A stretch of DNA of 64,000 nt, taken from assembly GCA_043228905.1 (NCBI GenBank), contig JBHGNT010000005.1:11594001-11658000 (forward strand), written 5' to 3'. Of the stretch, positions 62,256 through 64,000 are shown in pieces. The translations under genes were made by a program, and so were the position numbers. The first letter of the stretch is position 1. Each line of letters starts with the position of its first letter. This stretch comes from Azolla caroliniana (Eukaryota > Plantae > Polypodiophyta). The notes beneath the pieces are model-generated. The model ran no database searches. It was not told where the DNA came from and saw nothing but the letters and a program-made list of their open reading frames with translations.

Positions 62256-64000
62256 CGTTGAAACTTTTCAATATTAGCGAGGTTCTTTGCACCGACCTCC
62301 TTGTCCTGGTCTGGGCACTCCCACAAAGCCTTAATACTCATGTTTATAAATATAACCTGCTCCTCGTCCTTCTCCAATGCAACTGTGTTTCTAAAGAGCT
62401 TCAATGCACATGCGTACGTCGTTCCTGTGAAGAAAGTAACAAGAAGAATTAGTTCTTAAACAAAAAAGATTCAGTATTGGTTATCTCAAGATCGTTACCC
62501 TAGTTCGAGGAATACTTGTGCTAGAAAAGAGGTCTAATATCCAGTCTCCTTTGACAGAAAACATCTCGATCAAGCACATCATAAGTCGTTGAGGTTTTTG
62601 GTATGGGTTGACAAGTTCCTATTCTATCGTGGTGACATGTCACAATTTCCGTGTCACTATTGGATATAACAGCAGATTTGAACCTCCCACTTCATTAGAA
62701 TGCTCCTTGATTCTTTGATTCTTAATTTCATTAAAGTAGCCAACCGTGATGTATTCAATGGCATTAACGAACCGAAAGGTTGGCCCTCTATTTACATTGG
62801 TTTTTATCCTATAACAAATATTACAACGAGTTAAGAATAGATTGAACAATCTTAAGAAAGGCAATATAGTGAATGAGACATATAAATAATCCTTACCATG
62901 CAAGGTTCTCGATGCCATGGCAACGAGATCTCAAAGCTTGAGCTACCGAGTACCCTTGGTCCAGACTATGAAAGACAACTATTCTCCACAAGGATGCAGT
63001 CGTTAGCTTGGCAAAATCCTTGACCATCTTCTCCAACTGTCTGAACCTAAACGGTTCATCGTCGTATGATGACCCTACCATTCGAAATCCGTAAGGAATA
63101 TCTGCAATCATTAGCGTATATTCCTTCTTTGGAACTTTTTGGATCATGTCAACGACATCGCCGCAACCACATTGTAGTAAAGATCTCTCATAATATATTT
63201 TTTGTGGCTAAATTTTTTGAAGGAGCCATCTTCCTCCATTTTGTACCCTTGACTAAGGGAAGATCCTTTTCTTTTCTGGCTCTCTTGAGATGTGCAAGGA
63301 AGGATGTCGGGAAATCGTGTATATCCTTAACTTCTCCTTGTTTCTTGCCACGACACGGTTTCTAATAGAAGCAATAGGACATCAAGTTTTATTATACAAG
63401 CTCTGCATATAATGAAAGCTTAATGAAAAACCACCAATACTAACCCAATCCTTGAATGCAATAAAATACTCCGATAACGCCTTATATGAAGACGTTAGAG
63501 GATAATCCTCGGTCACTTGTTCCCAAGTTATACATCCAAGTTGTTTCATCATAACTTCTTGGATCTTCATGTACACCTTATGACTGTGAAATTAGAAAAT
63601 GAGATTAGAACTTTCAATTGCACCATATTGACTTCAATATCACTATTTGAAAGACTTACTTATTGAACTCAGTGACCATTTGTTCAAGGCTTAAATCTTT
63701 CGCCACAACCCTTCACAAAACAGACACAAGAAGTTGCTCGTCCTTAATACCTTGCATCACTCTCCACAGAGACAGCTTCATGTCGTCCGCTGCTTCTCTA
63801 ATTGTCAAATCAATTTTCTTGGCCGCTTGTGACTTTAATTCTAATTGAGGGTCTACCTTACATTTCTTTTGTCGTTGACCGTTGACTTCCTTATTCTCCC
63901 ACATTGAGAAGATTTGATCTTGTAGGTCCCATACTTCTCCATCTCTAAAGGCCAGTTGAAACCAAGACTCATATTTTCGAAGACCATCGGACTTAACATT
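62256..64000 (-). pseudogene. Second, diverged copy of the transposon methyltransferase gene (exons 2-6; left-truncated, runs off the window)
   Basis: Colinear with about 27571-29320, same introns, ADIPYG retained, motif I decayed to FSST. Confidence 0.92.

Overview
This is eukaryotic, almost entirely transposon-derived plant heterochromatin with no host gene. A bryophyte or other non-seed plant such as a moss is inferred from the Tcn1-like chromoviruses and the Trp-primed non-chromovirus Gypsy element. The window is a deep nest of Ty3/Gypsy and Ty1/Copia LTR retrotransposons. One chromovirus is intact and very young (7864-13637); most other elements are decayed, truncated or solo LTRs. The standout is an 8.9-kb cut-and-paste DNA transposon (26591-35502; 36-bp TIRs, AGAC target duplication). 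It carries a Sola-like DDD transposase and a divergently transcribed six-exon gene for a ParB-like domain fused to a prokaryote-type beta-class N4C/N6A DNA methyltransferase. Intron 1 of that gene holds an 8x51-bp palindrome array, and a second diverged copy of the gene starts at about 62256. Two cross-family LTR signals also stand out: an antisense tRNA-like Pol III A/B-box cassette with identical 43-nt spacing in eight LTRs of four Gypsy families, and Tf1-type self-priming in the chromoviruses supported by a compensatory base change. All calls are from manual reading; no database searches were run.
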